IMG/VR virus record: IMGVR_UViG_3300032087_002549 | Length of the DNA: 20,000 nucleotides | Strand: one strand, 5' to 3' | Origin: an uncultured virus (IMG/VR IMGVR_UViG_3300032087_002549) | Taxonomy: Duplodnaviria; Heunggongvirae; Uroviricota; Caudoviricetes; Crassvirales | Shown: positions 1 through 8,550 of the stretch, piece by piece | How positions within the stretch are numbered: the stretch's first letter is position 1 | How the letters are laid out: every line of letters starts with the position of its first letter | The notes under the pieces: generated by a model | Told to the model about the DNA's origin: nothing | The model's input: the letters and a program-made list of their open reading frames with translations, nothing else | Database searches by the model: none | Program-made: the position numbers and the translations under genes

Positions 1-2
1 GT

Positions 3-227
3 AAAGGTAAACGTTCAGGCACGCTAGGCAAGTTCTTAATGCAAGATGACGATGGCGTTAAGTTTGGTTGCCCTCCCGGCAAAGGCTATACGTACAAAGA
101 CATGGCAAATATGCTAGCTAATATTCAAGATTATATTGGCAAGCGTGCGACGTTTACTTATTTTCAAAGAACACAAGCAGGTTCATACAGACACCCGCTA
201 TTTAAAACAATACGTAACTATGAGTAG
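3..227 (+). CDS. ATP-dependent DNA ligase, C-terminal OB-fold (5'-truncated by window edge)
   Basis: Frame is open from base 3: KGKRSGTLGKFLMQDDDGVKFGC...YIGKRATFTYFQRTQAGSYRHPLFKTIR. This matches the phage ligase OB domain (G.GK..G.LG...; IGK..TF.Y...T..G.PR.P.F...R, motif VI). Confidence 0.85.
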   Translation, partial: KGKRSGTLGKFLMQDDDGVKFGCPPGKGYTYKDMANMLANIQDYIGKRATFTYFQRTQAGSYRHPLFKTIRNYE

Positions 228-360
228 AAAATTTAAAAATGATGTACTGTTTAAAGTCTCAGTAGACGTTAACGGTAAGCAAGAATATAATTTTATGGAA
301 AAAAATTATGATCAGCTATGCGATAAGCTAACTGATGTTATGATACGAGAAACTTTATGA
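220..360 (+). CDS. hypothetical protein (46 aa, MSRKFKNDVLF...)
   Basis: ATG at 220 overlaps the ligase end and its stop overlaps the next ATG (ATGA at 357). The start at 136 in the ORF track lies inside the ligase. Confidence 0.6.
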   Translation: MSRKFKNDVLFKVSVDVNGKQEYNFMEKNYDQLCDKLTDVMIRETL

Positions 361-890
361 ATATATTTTATTTACATAAAGATCCTTATAAAGCTGCACA
401 GATACAATACAATAAGCATGTGGTTAAAATGATCTTAGAATCAGCCCAGATGCTTTGTACTGCGCATCATCATTATAACAACGGAGATAATGTACCTTAT
501 AAAAAAGCACATTACAACCATCCGTCAACCATATGGTGTAGACAAAACAAAAACCATTATAGATGGTTATACAATCATATGATAGGTTTAGGCCAAGAGT
601 ATAAAGCTAGATATGGTAAAGAACATCTTACAATAACTAAATGTAGATTACCATTATTTAAATATCCTGTTGGTATGCCAGACGGTAAGTTTAAACAACC
701 TCCACAGGCTATGCCTGATCAGTTCAAGCGTGATTGTGCTATACACGCATACTGGTTATACTACGTGTATGACAAAAAACATATAGCGCATAACAAAGAA
801 TCATTATATGATACTAAATACATTAAAGATAATTTTGGTTACAGCGACGATTTATCATGCTACACCGGAGCAGACGGACAGCACTCCTGA
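357..890 (+). CDS. pyrimidine-dimer DNA glycosylase / endonuclease V-like protein
   Basis: MNIFYL..DP..AAQ....KHVVKMILESAQMLCTAH, YK..H.NHPSTIW.R, EY..RYGK.H, PPQAMP: motifs of the phage family usually annotated as DenV-like. Activity is inferred. Confidence 0.7.
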   Translation: MNIFYLHKDPYKAAQIQYNKHVVKMILESAQMLCTAHHHYNNGDNVPYKKAHYNHPSTIWCRQNKNHYRWLYNHMIGLGQEYKARYGKEHLTITKCRLPLFKYPVGMPDGKFKQPPQAMPDQFKRDCAIHAYWLYYVYDKKHIAHNKESLYDTKYIKDNFGYSDDLSCYTGADGQHS

Positions 891-1161
891 CATAACGGCT
901 AGTAATAAAAAGATAGATCTTAGTAATCCACAAAAACATAGGTGGATAGCTGTATCAAGAGATTTAGAGGCTAAAGGTCTAACGTTTGGCGTAAAAGTCA
1001 AAGTTACTGGAGCCGGTAATCTTGACGGTATATGGACCGTACAAGACAGAATGCACCACAGGTGGTTATCACGTATTGACTTTTTAGTCAATGAAGAAAT
1101 TACAGGTGGTAAATGGGAAAATGTCAGAATCGAAATAATCGATGATGACAATAGGTTATAA
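808..1161 (+). CDS. 3D-domain / RlpA-like double-psi barrel cell-wall protein
   Basis: VTATIYH....QTDSTPDITAS, RWIAVSRDL, FG.KV.V.G.G..DG.W.VQDRM, RIDFL; hydrophobic N-terminus. Confidence 0.75.
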   Translation: MILNTLKIILVTATIYHATPEQTDSTPDITASNKKIDLSNPQKHRWIAVSRDLEAKGLTFGVKVKVTGAGNLDGIWTVQDRMHHRWLSRIDFLVNEEITGGKWENVRIEIIDDDNRL

Positions 1162-1182
1162 GATATAATTAGTAATAGGCTA

Positions 1183-1788
1183 ATGTCACAGAATAGAAAT
1201 ATAAAATGGTTAAATGATAGACGCATATTATATAGGAAAGATCCTGTTAATGATGTGCCCACTATTGAAACTGAACAATATAGATACTACAAAAATGGTA
1301 CGTATGAGTGTTATCACTTGTTTAATAGCAAGGCTAAAATAACTACATACAAATCATTGAAATGGCACATGCTTGTATTATATTATCTTAACGAAGATGT
1401 AGATTTAAGACCTGTTTTTAAATTTATAGCTAACAAAGAAAATGGTTTTGTAACCTTCTTCATTAAACAGCGACTACTAGATGAAATGATAGAAGATGTA
1501 TTAAAACAAGGCGGTGACCCACCGTCAAACAAGCTACGTAAAGTAGTGTTTAAAGATTATTCAGGTTTAGACTTGAGTGGTAAATTAAAAATTGTAGGTC
1601 AACTAATAGGTAGATCTAGCATTGACAAAGATATGATATATGATACTATGTTGGATTTAAACGACATGGGTAAAAAAATAACTATCAGTCGTGTTGCTGG
1701 TTTACTTAATTGCTCTACAAGAACAATACATCGCCATATGTGTGATGATTTAAAACAAGAAAAACAAATACTAAATGAAGAAATATAA
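1183..1788 (+). CDS. hypothetical DNA-binding protein with C-terminal helix-turn-helix
   Basis: C-terminal KKITISRVAGLLNCSTRTIHRHM fits an HTH pattern. The gene overlaps the sigma factor start. Confidence 0.6.
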   Translation: MSQNRNIKWLNDRRILYRKDPVNDVPTIETEQYRYYKNGTYECYHLFNSKAKITTYKSLKWHMLVLYYLNEDVDLRPVFKFIANKENGFVTFFIKQRLLDEMIEDVLKQGGDPPSNKLRKVVFKDYSGLDLSGKLKIVGQLIGRSSIDKDMIYDTMLDLNDMGKKITISRVAGLLNCSTRTIHRHMCDDLKQEKQILNEEI

Positions 1789-2545
1789 TTTAGATAATTA
1801 TATAAGGTACAAAAACGAGGTTCAAGAACTTGTTAGCAAATTGCCTGAAGTACAAAATAATGACTTCACAATATATGATGATAAGCAAATGATAACATGT
1901 TTTTTACCGCTAGTAGAGAACGTTGCAAGAAAGTTTTCAACTAGTCAACAAGCCTCAGGTGTAATGACTATACTTGATTTGATACAAGAAGGTAGCGCTG
2001 GTTTAACACTAGCTGTTGGCAAGCTTGACAGATCTTTGTTGTTAGAATCTGAAGACCAATTAAAAACATTAAAATCATTTTTCTCAAAACGTATCAAAGG
2101 TGCAATACGTAGAGCTGTAGATATTAATCGTGGTAACATGAGAATACCTGAGCATAAACTAAACGAAATACGTAAGAACTTTGGTCACAACAAGAAAATG
2201 GTTGAAATGTTTTTCAATAGTATATTTTTAAGTATTGATGAAAAGAAAACAGACCTTAATGAAGACTGGGCTGCTCAGATACCTGATAAGTCAGAGCCAT
2301 ATAACGTGGGTATGTTAAATCAATATTTAAAAGGCTTACTTAAAAAACATCTAAACAATAAAGAGTACGAAGTATTACGTATGAGCTATGGTTTAGACTG
2401 TGACAAGCATGATGCTAAGACAATAGCTAGTAAACTAGGTATACAAGGCAGCAGTGCATATGTACGTGTTTCACAGGTTAAAAAACAAGCAGTACAAAAA
2501 CTTATTGATAATGTAGATTACACACAAGTGCTTGATTATCTTTAA
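1775..2545 (+). CDS. phage-encoded sigma-70 family RNA polymerase sigma factor
   Basis: Region 2.1 FLPLVENVARKF, region 2.2 LDLIQEGSAGLTLAV, region 2.4-3.0 RIKGAIRRAV...MRIPEH, region 4 LNNKEYEVLRMSYGL...IASKLG...VRVSQVKKQAVQKL. Confidence 0.85.
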   Translation: MKKYNLDNYIRYKNEVQELVSKLPEVQNNDFTIYDDKQMITCFLPLVENVARKFSTSQQASGVMTILDLIQEGSAGLTLAVGKLDRSLLLESEDQLKTLKSFFSKRIKGAIRRAVDINRGNMRIPEHKLNEIRKNFGHNKKMVEMFFNSIFLSIDEKKTDLNEDWAAQIPDKSEPYNVGMLNQYLKGLLKKHLNNKEYEVLRMSYGLDCDKHDAKTIASKLGIQGSSAYVRVSQVKKQAVQKLIDNVDYTQVLDYL

Positions 2546-2620
2546 GTTATAGAGTGAACAATTGATTAAATAGCGTTCACCAATATGTAATTATAGATAT
2601 AGACAATTTAATTTTATAAT
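2546..2620 (+). promoter_or_regulatory. intergenic region, probable promoter or regulatory site upstream of the recombination/replication genes
   Basis: The longest non-coding gap in the window (75 bp). It contains the inverted repeat GTGAAC (2554-2559) / GTTCAC (2575-2580) followed by AT-rich TATGTAATTATA. Function is inferred. Confidence 0.35.
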
Positions 2621-3130
2621 ATGACTTTACAACAAAAACTGGCTCAGATTCAAACTGAGCTCAAGGCTAAAAAGAGTAGATTTAATTCTTTCGGTAAGTA
2701 TTACTTTCGTAGTGCTGAAGATATACTTGAATCAATAAAGCCTTTCTTACTAAAGTACAATGTAACCGTTACTGTAAACGAAAAGTTAATCGCAGAATCT
2801 AACGGTGTTCCAGTACTAAAATCAACAGCTACAATACACGATGAAAAGGGTATGATGTTATCAACATCAGCCATAGTCGGAGTAGACTTAATGCAAAAGG
2901 GTATGCAAACTCCACAACAGTTTGGTAGCGCATCCTCTTATGGTAAGAAATATGCTTTAGGTAATTTGTTCCTTATTGATGACACACAAGACAGTGATGC
3001 TACAAACAATCACAAGTCTGACTTCGATGTGGATGCAGCTAAAAAGTATATCAAATCTGGCGGTACGTTAGATGCGATAAAGAAAAAATATAAACTTACT
3101 CCTGAACTGGAAAAACAACTAACACTATAG
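2621..3130 (+). CDS. erf: ERF-family single-strand annealing protein
   Basis: KL..IQTELKA.K..FNSFGKY.FRSAEDILE.IKP and Q..GSASSYGKKYAL.NLFLIDD..D.D, the ERF signature (G...SY.RRY.L). Confidence 0.9.
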   Translation: MTLQQKLAQIQTELKAKKSRFNSFGKYYFRSAEDILESIKPFLLKYNVTVTVNEKLIAESNGVPVLKSTATIHDEKGMMLSTSAIVGVDLMQKGMQTPQQFGSASSYGKKYALGNLFLIDDTQDSDATNNHKSDFDVDAAKKYIKSGGTLDAIKKKYKLTPELEKQLTL

Positions 3131-3131
3131 T

Positions 3132-3863
3132 ATGACAAAAGAGGAGATCCTAAAAAAGCTACGTAACGATGAAGATTATTATGGAGACTTTGGTAGGAAT
3201 TTTTTAAGTACTTCTGATATTGGTGTGTTGTTAAAAAACCCATTAGCTTATGGCCAACCGTCAAAACAAACATCTGCATTTTTAGTAGGTGGTTATTTTC
3301 ACACAGCTATACTTGAACCAGATAAACTGAAAAAGTATAAAGTGATACAATCATCAACTAGAAATACTAAATTGTATAAAGAGATGTCTGAAGGCGAATT
3401 ATGTTTATTACAACATGAAGTTGATCATATTGAACTTATGACTGAAAAAATTATGAATAATGAAGTTTGCAAAAATTTAATTCAAGGTGCTAGCGTTGAC
3501 TACGAAGTACCGGGTGTTGCCAAACTAAATAAATATACCTGGAAAGGTAAAGCAGACATTATTAATCATGATGATAAAGTTATAGTTGATTTGAAAACTA
3601 CAGCAGATATAAACAAATTTAGGTCAAATGCATTTAGGTATAATTACGATGCACAAGCATATATATACAGTCAATTATTTGGCTACGAAATGATATTCTT
3701 AGTTATCGACAAAACAACACACCAAATAGGAGTGTTTGACTGTTCTGCTGAATTTTATTCGTCAGGGCAAGACAAGGTTAATAGAGCAGAAGATGCTTAT
3801 GAGCTGTTCTATAAAACCAAGGATTTTAATCCAAAACAATATTTCATAAGTAAAACACTTTAA
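3132..3863 (+). CDS. PD-(D/E)XK exonuclease, RecE/exonuclease VIII-like (DUF3799-type)
   Basis: LSTSDI, G.YFHTAILEP, WKGKADII....IVDLKTT, Y.Y..QA.IY; adjacent to the ERF gene. Confidence 0.8.
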   Translation: MTKEEILKKLRNDEDYYGDFGRNFLSTSDIGVLLKNPLAYGQPSKQTSAFLVGGYFHTAILEPDKLKKYKVIQSSTRNTKLYKEMSEGELCLLQHEVDHIELMTEKIMNNEVCKNLIQGASVDYEVPGVAKLNKYTWKGKADIINHDDKVIVDLKTTADINKFRSNAFRYNYDAQAYIYSQLFGYEMIFLVIDKTTHQIGVFDCSAEFYSSGQDKVNRAEDAYELFYKTKDFNPKQYFISKTL

Positions 3864-3872
3864 TATAATAAT

Positions 3873-4040
3873 ATGGCAAGAACTAGAAAAAGAACATGCG
3901 ACGTAACAGGCATGACAACAAGCGTTAACAATTTTTACACTAATCAATCACATGTAAAAGCTGTTGACAATTTAAGAAGAGGCACTGGTGCTACAAAAGC
4001 TCAGATGTCTAGAATGTTTAACCAATTAAATGCTTATTAA
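3873..4040 (+). CDS. hypothetical protein (55 aa, MARTRKRTCDVTG...)
   Basis: Read by eye and absent from the ORF track. It fills the gap between exonuclease and SSB and has an AT-rich leader (taatataataatATG). Confidence 0.65.
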   Translation: MARTRKRTCDVTGMTTSVNNFYTNQSHVKAVDNLRRGTGATKAQMSRMFNQLNAY

Positions 4041-4042
4041 TT

Positions 4043-4360
4043 ATGGCAGGAATTATTAAAACCAGTATTAATCTTTCACAAATACCTAAGGATAAAATTA
4101 TCACAGGTAAGAAAGGTAAATACTTACCAATTAGTATCTCAATCAACGATGAACCTGATCAATTTGGAAATCAAGGTCCAGTTGTAGTAGATCAAACCAA
4201 GGAAGAAAGAGAAGCTAAAGCAGCTAAAACTTACCTTGGTAATTGCAGAGTTGTTTGGACAAACGGCGCGTTCCCAGAACCCGTTAGTAATCCACAAGCT
4301 GATGGCTCTGTAAGTGTGCAGCAACCTGTACAAGATGTAAAAGAAGATTTACCGTTTTAA
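4043..4360 (+). CDS. probable single-stranded DNA-binding protein (Bacteroidota-phage type)
   Basis: Short beta-rich domain (SINLSQIPK...GKKGKYL.I.I...D.FGN...QTKEER....YLGN), flexible tail ending in acidic EDLPF; lies between recombinase genes and primase-helicase. Confidence 0.7.
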   Translation: MAGIIKTSINLSQIPKDKIITGKKGKYLPISISINDEPDQFGNQGPVVVDQTKEEREAKAAKTYLGNCRVVWTNGAFPEPVSNPQADGSVSVQQPVQDVKEDLPF

Positions 4361-4369
4361 ATATTATAA

Positions 4370-6100
4370 ATGCAAGTAGAAGATAAAGAGATCAATGGAT
4401 TTTTGATTGATGAGTTCAATCAATACAAGCTTGACGTAGGTAAAACACAGGGGATTTGTCCTCTGTGTTCCCACGACAGGAAACCCAAAAATCAAAAGGC
4501 CAAATGTGCGTCTTATGATTGGGAACGTGGTCTCGGTACTTGCCACAACTGTAATACAACTTATCAACTACATACTTACAAACGTAAGGGAGCTAGTGAA
4601 CGTGAATACGTACGTCCTAGTTTTTCAACTAAGACTCATGAAACTCCCAGTAGTAAAGTTATAGAATGGTTTAAGTCCAGAGGAATATCTCAGGATACTT
4701 TAGAAGCATTAAATGTTTCTGAAGGTCCTGAGTTTATGCCTCAAACTGGTAAAACTGAGAACACAATTAAGTTCAATTATTTTATAGGTAACCAACTAAT
4801 AAATATTAAATACCGTGACGGCGCTAAAAACTTTAAATTATATAAAGGTGCTGAAAAAGTATTTTATAATATTAATAGTATTGTTGGTCATACAACCTGT
4901 GTAATAGTTGAAGGCGAAATAGATGTATTATCATTACATGAAGCTGGTATAAGAAATGTTATATCAGTTCCAAATGGTGCTACGTTAAATCACAATAACC
5001 TAGATTACTTAGATAACTGTATAGATTATTTTGAAGATAAAGAAAAAATAATACTAGCTGTAGATGCTGATGAACCTGGTACTATGTTAAGACAAGAGTT
5101 TATACGTAGGCTTGGTGCTGAAAACTGTTATTTAGTTGATTTTAATGATTGTAAAGACGCAAACGAATACTTAATAAAATATGGCAGCAACGAGCTTGCT
5201 AATGCTATACACAGCGCAATACAAGTTCCGCTGGAAAATGTTACAACACTTAAAAACGTAGAAAATGATCTTAAAGACTTTGTTAAAAATGGTTTTAAAC
5301 CTGGCTACCAAGTTGGGCTCAAAAATTTCGACGAAGTATTCAGCACTTATACTGGACAGTTTATTACTGTTACTGGTATCCCTAGTAGTGGGAAGTCTGA
5401 TTTTGTTGATCAAATGGTTGTAGGGTATAATAAAATGTACGGTTGGAAGACTGCTTTTGCTAGTCCAGAAAACGCGCCTATTTATTTACATGCCCATAAA
5501 CTTATGCGTAAAACGTGGGGTGATATGCCTTCACCTAGTGATATTGGTAGTGGTAAATGGAAAGAAGTTTCTGACCACGTTAACGATAACTATTATTTCA
5601 TAGATATGGATAAATATAGTTTAGAATCAGTATTACGTAAAGGTGCAGAGCTAGTTAAACGTAAAGGTATTAAATGCCTTGTGATAGATCCTTATAATAA
5701 GGTCAGAGATACAAATGCAGTTTCAGATGATGTTAATAGATATACTATGGACTACTTAGCTAAGATTGAGCAGTTCTGTAAAAAGTATGATGTTTTAACG
5801 TTTATAGTAGCACATCCAACTAAAATGTATAAAGGCCAAGACGGTAGAATGGAAGAACCAACTATGTATAACATAAAAGGCGGTGGTGAATGGTATGATG
5901 CTAGTTATCACGGTTTATTAGTACATAGAGATTATGAAGCCAAAACTACTAAAGTAAAAGTACTTAAAGTTAAGTTTCAAAACCTAGGTGAAAACGGCGC
6001 TGAGGCGCATTTTACATGGGAGCGCAGATCAGGATCATTTGTGCCACAAGTTAACGTATTAGACGAAAACAAAGATGACAGCAGCCTTCCGTGGGAATAA
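4370..6100 (+). CDS. DNA primase-helicase (T7 gp4 / Twinkle-like)
   Basis: Zn finger CPLC...CHNC, NIKYR, TOPRIM VIVEGEIDVLS and AVDADEPG, KDANE, Walker A GIPSSGKS, Walker B LVIDP, IVAHP. Confidence 0.93.
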   Translation: MQVEDKEINGFLIDEFNQYKLDVGKTQGICPLCSHDRKPKNQKAKCASYDWERGLGTCHNCNTTYQLHTYKRKGASEREYVRPSFSTKTHETPSSKVIEWFKSRGISQDTLEALNVSEGPEFMPQTGKTENTIKFNYFIGNQLINIKYRDGAKNFKLYKGAEKVFYNINSIVGHTTCVIVEGEIDVLSLHEAGIRNVISVPNGATLNHNNLDYLDNCIDYFEDKEKIILAVDADEPGTMLRQEFIRRLGAENCYLVDFNDCKDANEYLIKYGSNELANAIHSAIQVPLENVTTLKNVENDLKDFVKNGFKPGYQVGLKNFDEVFSTYTGQFITVTGIPSSGKSDFVDQMVVGYNKMYGWKTAFASPENAPIYLHAHKLMRKTWGDMPSPSDIGSGKWKEVSDHVNDNYYFIDMDKYSLESVLRKGAELVKRKGIKCLVIDPYNKVRDTNAVSDDVNRYTMDYLAKIEQFCKKYDVLTFIVAHPTKMYKGQDGRMEEPTMYNIKGGGEWYDASYHGLLVHRDYEAKTTKVKVLKVKFQNLGENGAEAHFTWERRSGSFVPQVNVLDENKDDSSLPWE

Positions 6101-6110
6101 GAAATACAGT

Positions 6111-6353
6111 ATGGGTGAATACACCCGAACTGATAATGAAGAAAAAGCTAGACTATGGTGTCACGAAAACGATATATGTATAACACCAAGGCAAGCTAAA
6201 TGGGGAGAGCCTATTTGGTATATAGATATAGAAAAAGGTAAATATCCTAATCGTAAAAAACTAGGATCAACACCTAATGTTTATGGACCAATTAGAATAT
6301 GGGAGAAGATAAGTGAATATCAATTATATTATTACAATAAACATGGAAAATAA
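6111..6353 (+). CDS. hypothetical protein
   Basis: Open frame between helicase and the TS-family gene. ATG at 6111 is the first start after the helicase stop; the ORF track uses 6075. Confidence 0.6.
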   Translation: MGEYTRTDNEEKARLWCHENDICITPRQAKWGEPIWYIDIEKGKYPNRKKLGSTPNVYGPIRIWEKISEYQLYYYNKHGK

Positions 6354-6984
6354 ATTTTACAACGCTAATCACGCATACAATTACTTGTGGGATTATATAA
6401 TAAGAAATGGTGTTGATTTTGACAATACAAAGGCTATATTTAATTGTGGCTTTACAATTGAAAAACCATTAGAAAATTATATAACAAACGAAGATCGTAA
6501 TTGGAAGCCTGATTATGCTGAAGCCGAATGGCAATGGTACTTATCTGGCGATCCTAGTGTTAAAAAGCTAGGTGATATATATGGTAAGGTTCCACCTATA
6601 TGGGAAAAAATGGCAGATGAAAATGGTCACGTAAGAAGTAATTACGGTTGGCAATGGCAACGTAATCATCAAATAGATTATGTAGTCAATAAGCTTAAAA
6701 ACCATAAAGAAACAAGACACGCTGCTATAAGTATATACGATTGTAAAGAACACGGTACATATGAGTCTGATACTCCTTGTACATATGCTGTTCAATTTAC
6801 AATACTTAATGATAAACTAAATATGTCTGTTTATATGCGATCTAATGATCTCTGGTACGGCTTTTGTAATGATCAATACTGTTTTAGTATGTTACAAAAA
6901 CTTGTTGCAGAGAGACTGTCTATGGACACAGGGTGGTATTACCATCACGCACATAACATGCATATATATAACGATAAATTATGA
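6343..6984 (+). CDS. thymidylate synthase-family enzyme, dCMP hydroxymethylase (T4 gp42)-like
   Basis: Catalytic PC (Cys codon 6778-6780), YMRSNDLWYGFCND with Asp (6871-6873) at the E. coli ThyA Asn177 position, HIY. gp42-like segments Y...E.QWY.S, P.IW...A...G...SNYGW. Confidence 0.8.
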   Translation: MENKFYNANHAYNYLWDYIIRNGVDFDNTKAIFNCGFTIEKPLENYITNEDRNWKPDYAEAEWQWYLSGDPSVKKLGDIYGKVPPIWEKMADENGHVRSNYGWQWQRNHQIDYVVNKLKNHKETRHAAISIYDCKEHGTYESDTPCTYAVQFTILNDKLNMSVYMRSNDLWYGFCNDQYCFSMLQKLVAERLSMDTGWYYHHAHNMHIYNDKL

Positions 6985-7769
6985 CATATTATATTTATCA
7001 TATTCCAGGTAAAAAAATTGGTGTTACCTGTGATCTTAATAACCGGGTCACAGTTCAGCAAGGTTATAACCCTGATGAATATGAAATACTAGAAAGCTCT
7101 ACTGATGTTGATTATATATCAACAAAAGAGAGAAAATTACAAAGAGAATATGGCTACCGGGTAGATATGGTACCATATAAAAACCTTAAACCAAAATCAA
7201 ATATGAATATAAATATAACTGAACAGACCACAACGTTTCCAGTTCCGGTGGATAAATTAAAAGGTCAATTGTTTGATAATATGGGTATGTCTTGGCAAAC
7301 TGATCACGGTAAGTTAGATATAACACCTAAAACAATAAACTGGATAATGAAAAACGTTAAAACTTCTATGTTTAATAATAATAGAAGTTATGTATATAAC
7401 AAAGCATTTGCTAGGTTCTACGAAAACAATGATGTGTTTGAAAAACCAGTAGTTAAATGCTGTAAAAAACCTTTAAAAATGTTTGAAAACATTAGACAAT
7501 GGGCTGATGAAAGAGGACTATACGATAAAGGTGATACTAAAACTCAATTAATCAAACTACAAGAAGAAATGGGTGAGCTAGCTAAAGCTACACTAGAAAA
7601 CGATAAGCCAGAAGTTATAGATGCTATTGGTGATATGGTTGTAGTATTAACTAACTTAGCACATTTAAATAATGTAAACATAGAAACGTGTATATCAGAA
7701 GCATATAACGTAATATCTAAACGTACAGGTAAAATGGTTAACGGAACATTTGTCAAAGATGCAGATTAA
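6981..7769 (+). CDS. multidomain protein: N-terminal GIY-YIG-like domain plus C-terminal MazG-like NTP pyrophosphohydrolase
   Basis: N-terminus YYIYHI..KKIGVT.DL..R. C-terminus IRQWADERGL...Q..KLQEEMGELA......EVIDAIGDMVVVL...AY..I..R.GKMVNGTFVK (EExxE...D motif). Confidence 0.75.
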   Translation: MTYYIYHIPGKKIGVTCDLNNRVTVQQGYNPDEYEILESSTDVDYISTKERKLQREYGYRVDMVPYKNLKPKSNMNINITEQTTTFPVPVDKLKGQLFDNMGMSWQTDHGKLDITPKTINWIMKNVKTSMFNNNRSYVYNKAFARFYENNDVFEKPVVKCCKKPLKMFENIRQWADERGLYDKGDTKTQLIKLQEEMGELAKATLENDKPEVIDAIGDMVVVLTNLAHLNNVNIETCISEAYNVISKRTGKMVNGTFVKDAD

Positions 7770-7983
7770 AACTAAAGATAAGATAGTACAGGCTGTACTA
7801 AGGAAGATGGATAATCGTAGCATTACTGGCCAAAAGAAATATGGCCAAACAATGTGTAACGAAATAGAAACAGGCAAGAAAGGCTTGTGTATGTTTTTAA
7901 CAGATGTACAAGAAGAGATAATGGATGCTTTATTGTATATTGAAGCTGCTAAAAAATGTATTGAAGATGAGAAGAAAGATTAG
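7759..7983 (+). CDS. small all-alpha protein, possibly MazG-like nucleotide pyrophosphatase
   Basis: RS..G.KKYG.T......L...QEEIMDALLY.E, a common small phage protein with a MazG-like EExxD helix. Confidence 0.55.
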   Translation: MQIKTKDKIVQAVLRKMDNRSITGQKKYGQTMCNEIETGKKGLCMFLTDVQEEIMDALLYIEAAKKCIEDEKKD

Positions 7984-8422
7984 AAGAAAGAAAGGACCTG
8001 TTACAAGTAGAAAAGTTACTTGTGACGGGATAACTTTCGCATCAGGACTAGAAAAACACATGCATTTAGCTCTTAAAAAAGCAAAAATACAAGCTGTTTA
8101 TGAAGGACATACTTATGAAATATTTCCAGCGTACCAGTTTGATACATCGGCTTATGAAAGATGCGCTAACGGTAAAGGTGACTATAAAGATCGTGGACAT
8201 AAAAAGATATTAAACATATCTTATACACCAGACTTTATGGGTCAAGGATTTATTATTGAATGTAAAGGTAGAGCAAACGAAAGTTTTCCTTTACGTTGGA
8301 AGATGTTTAAAAAATATGTTAAAGAACATTTACCTAATGTTATATTGTATAAACCACAAAATCAAAAAGAATGCGAGGAAACAGTAAGGCTAATTTTGAA
8401 AAACAAAGGAGCAAGGAGATAG
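7967..8422 (+). CDS. T7 endonuclease I-like Holliday junction resolvase
   Basis: FASGLE...L......YE, YTPDF.....IIECKGR (PD-(D/E)XK as in T7 gp3). Likely start is MRRKIRRKK at 7967. Confidence 0.8.
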   Translation: MRRKIRRKKGPVTSRKVTCDGITFASGLEKHMHLALKKAKIQAVYEGHTYEIFPAYQFDTSAYERCANGKGDYKDRGHKKILNISYTPDFMGQGFIIECKGRANESFPLRWKMFKKYVKEHLPNVILYKPQNQKECEETVRLILKNKGARR

Positions 8423-8550
8423 CAAGACGTATGTATGGCTTGAGAAAAATTGATACATTTATAAAATGGACAGTAACACAAAGAGGTTATTTAAAATGGA
8501 AGCACTTAAAAGAACAATATTTAAAGTATAACTTACCATGGGACGATTAA
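8371..8550 (+). CDS. hypothetical protein (up to 59 aa)
   Basis: Read by eye: MRGNSKANFEKQRSKEIARRMYGLRKIDTFIKW...LPWDD. It fills the gap; the start is uncertain. Confidence 0.5.
   Translation: MRGNSKANFEKQRSKEIARRMYGLRKIDTFIKWTVTQRGYLKWKHLKEQYLKYNLPWDD

Noticed and set aside
6343..6984. Canonical thymidylate synthase thyA
   Set aside because: Asp replaces the dUMP-specifying Asn, the ThyA C-terminus is missing, and the motifs match T4 gp42 better.
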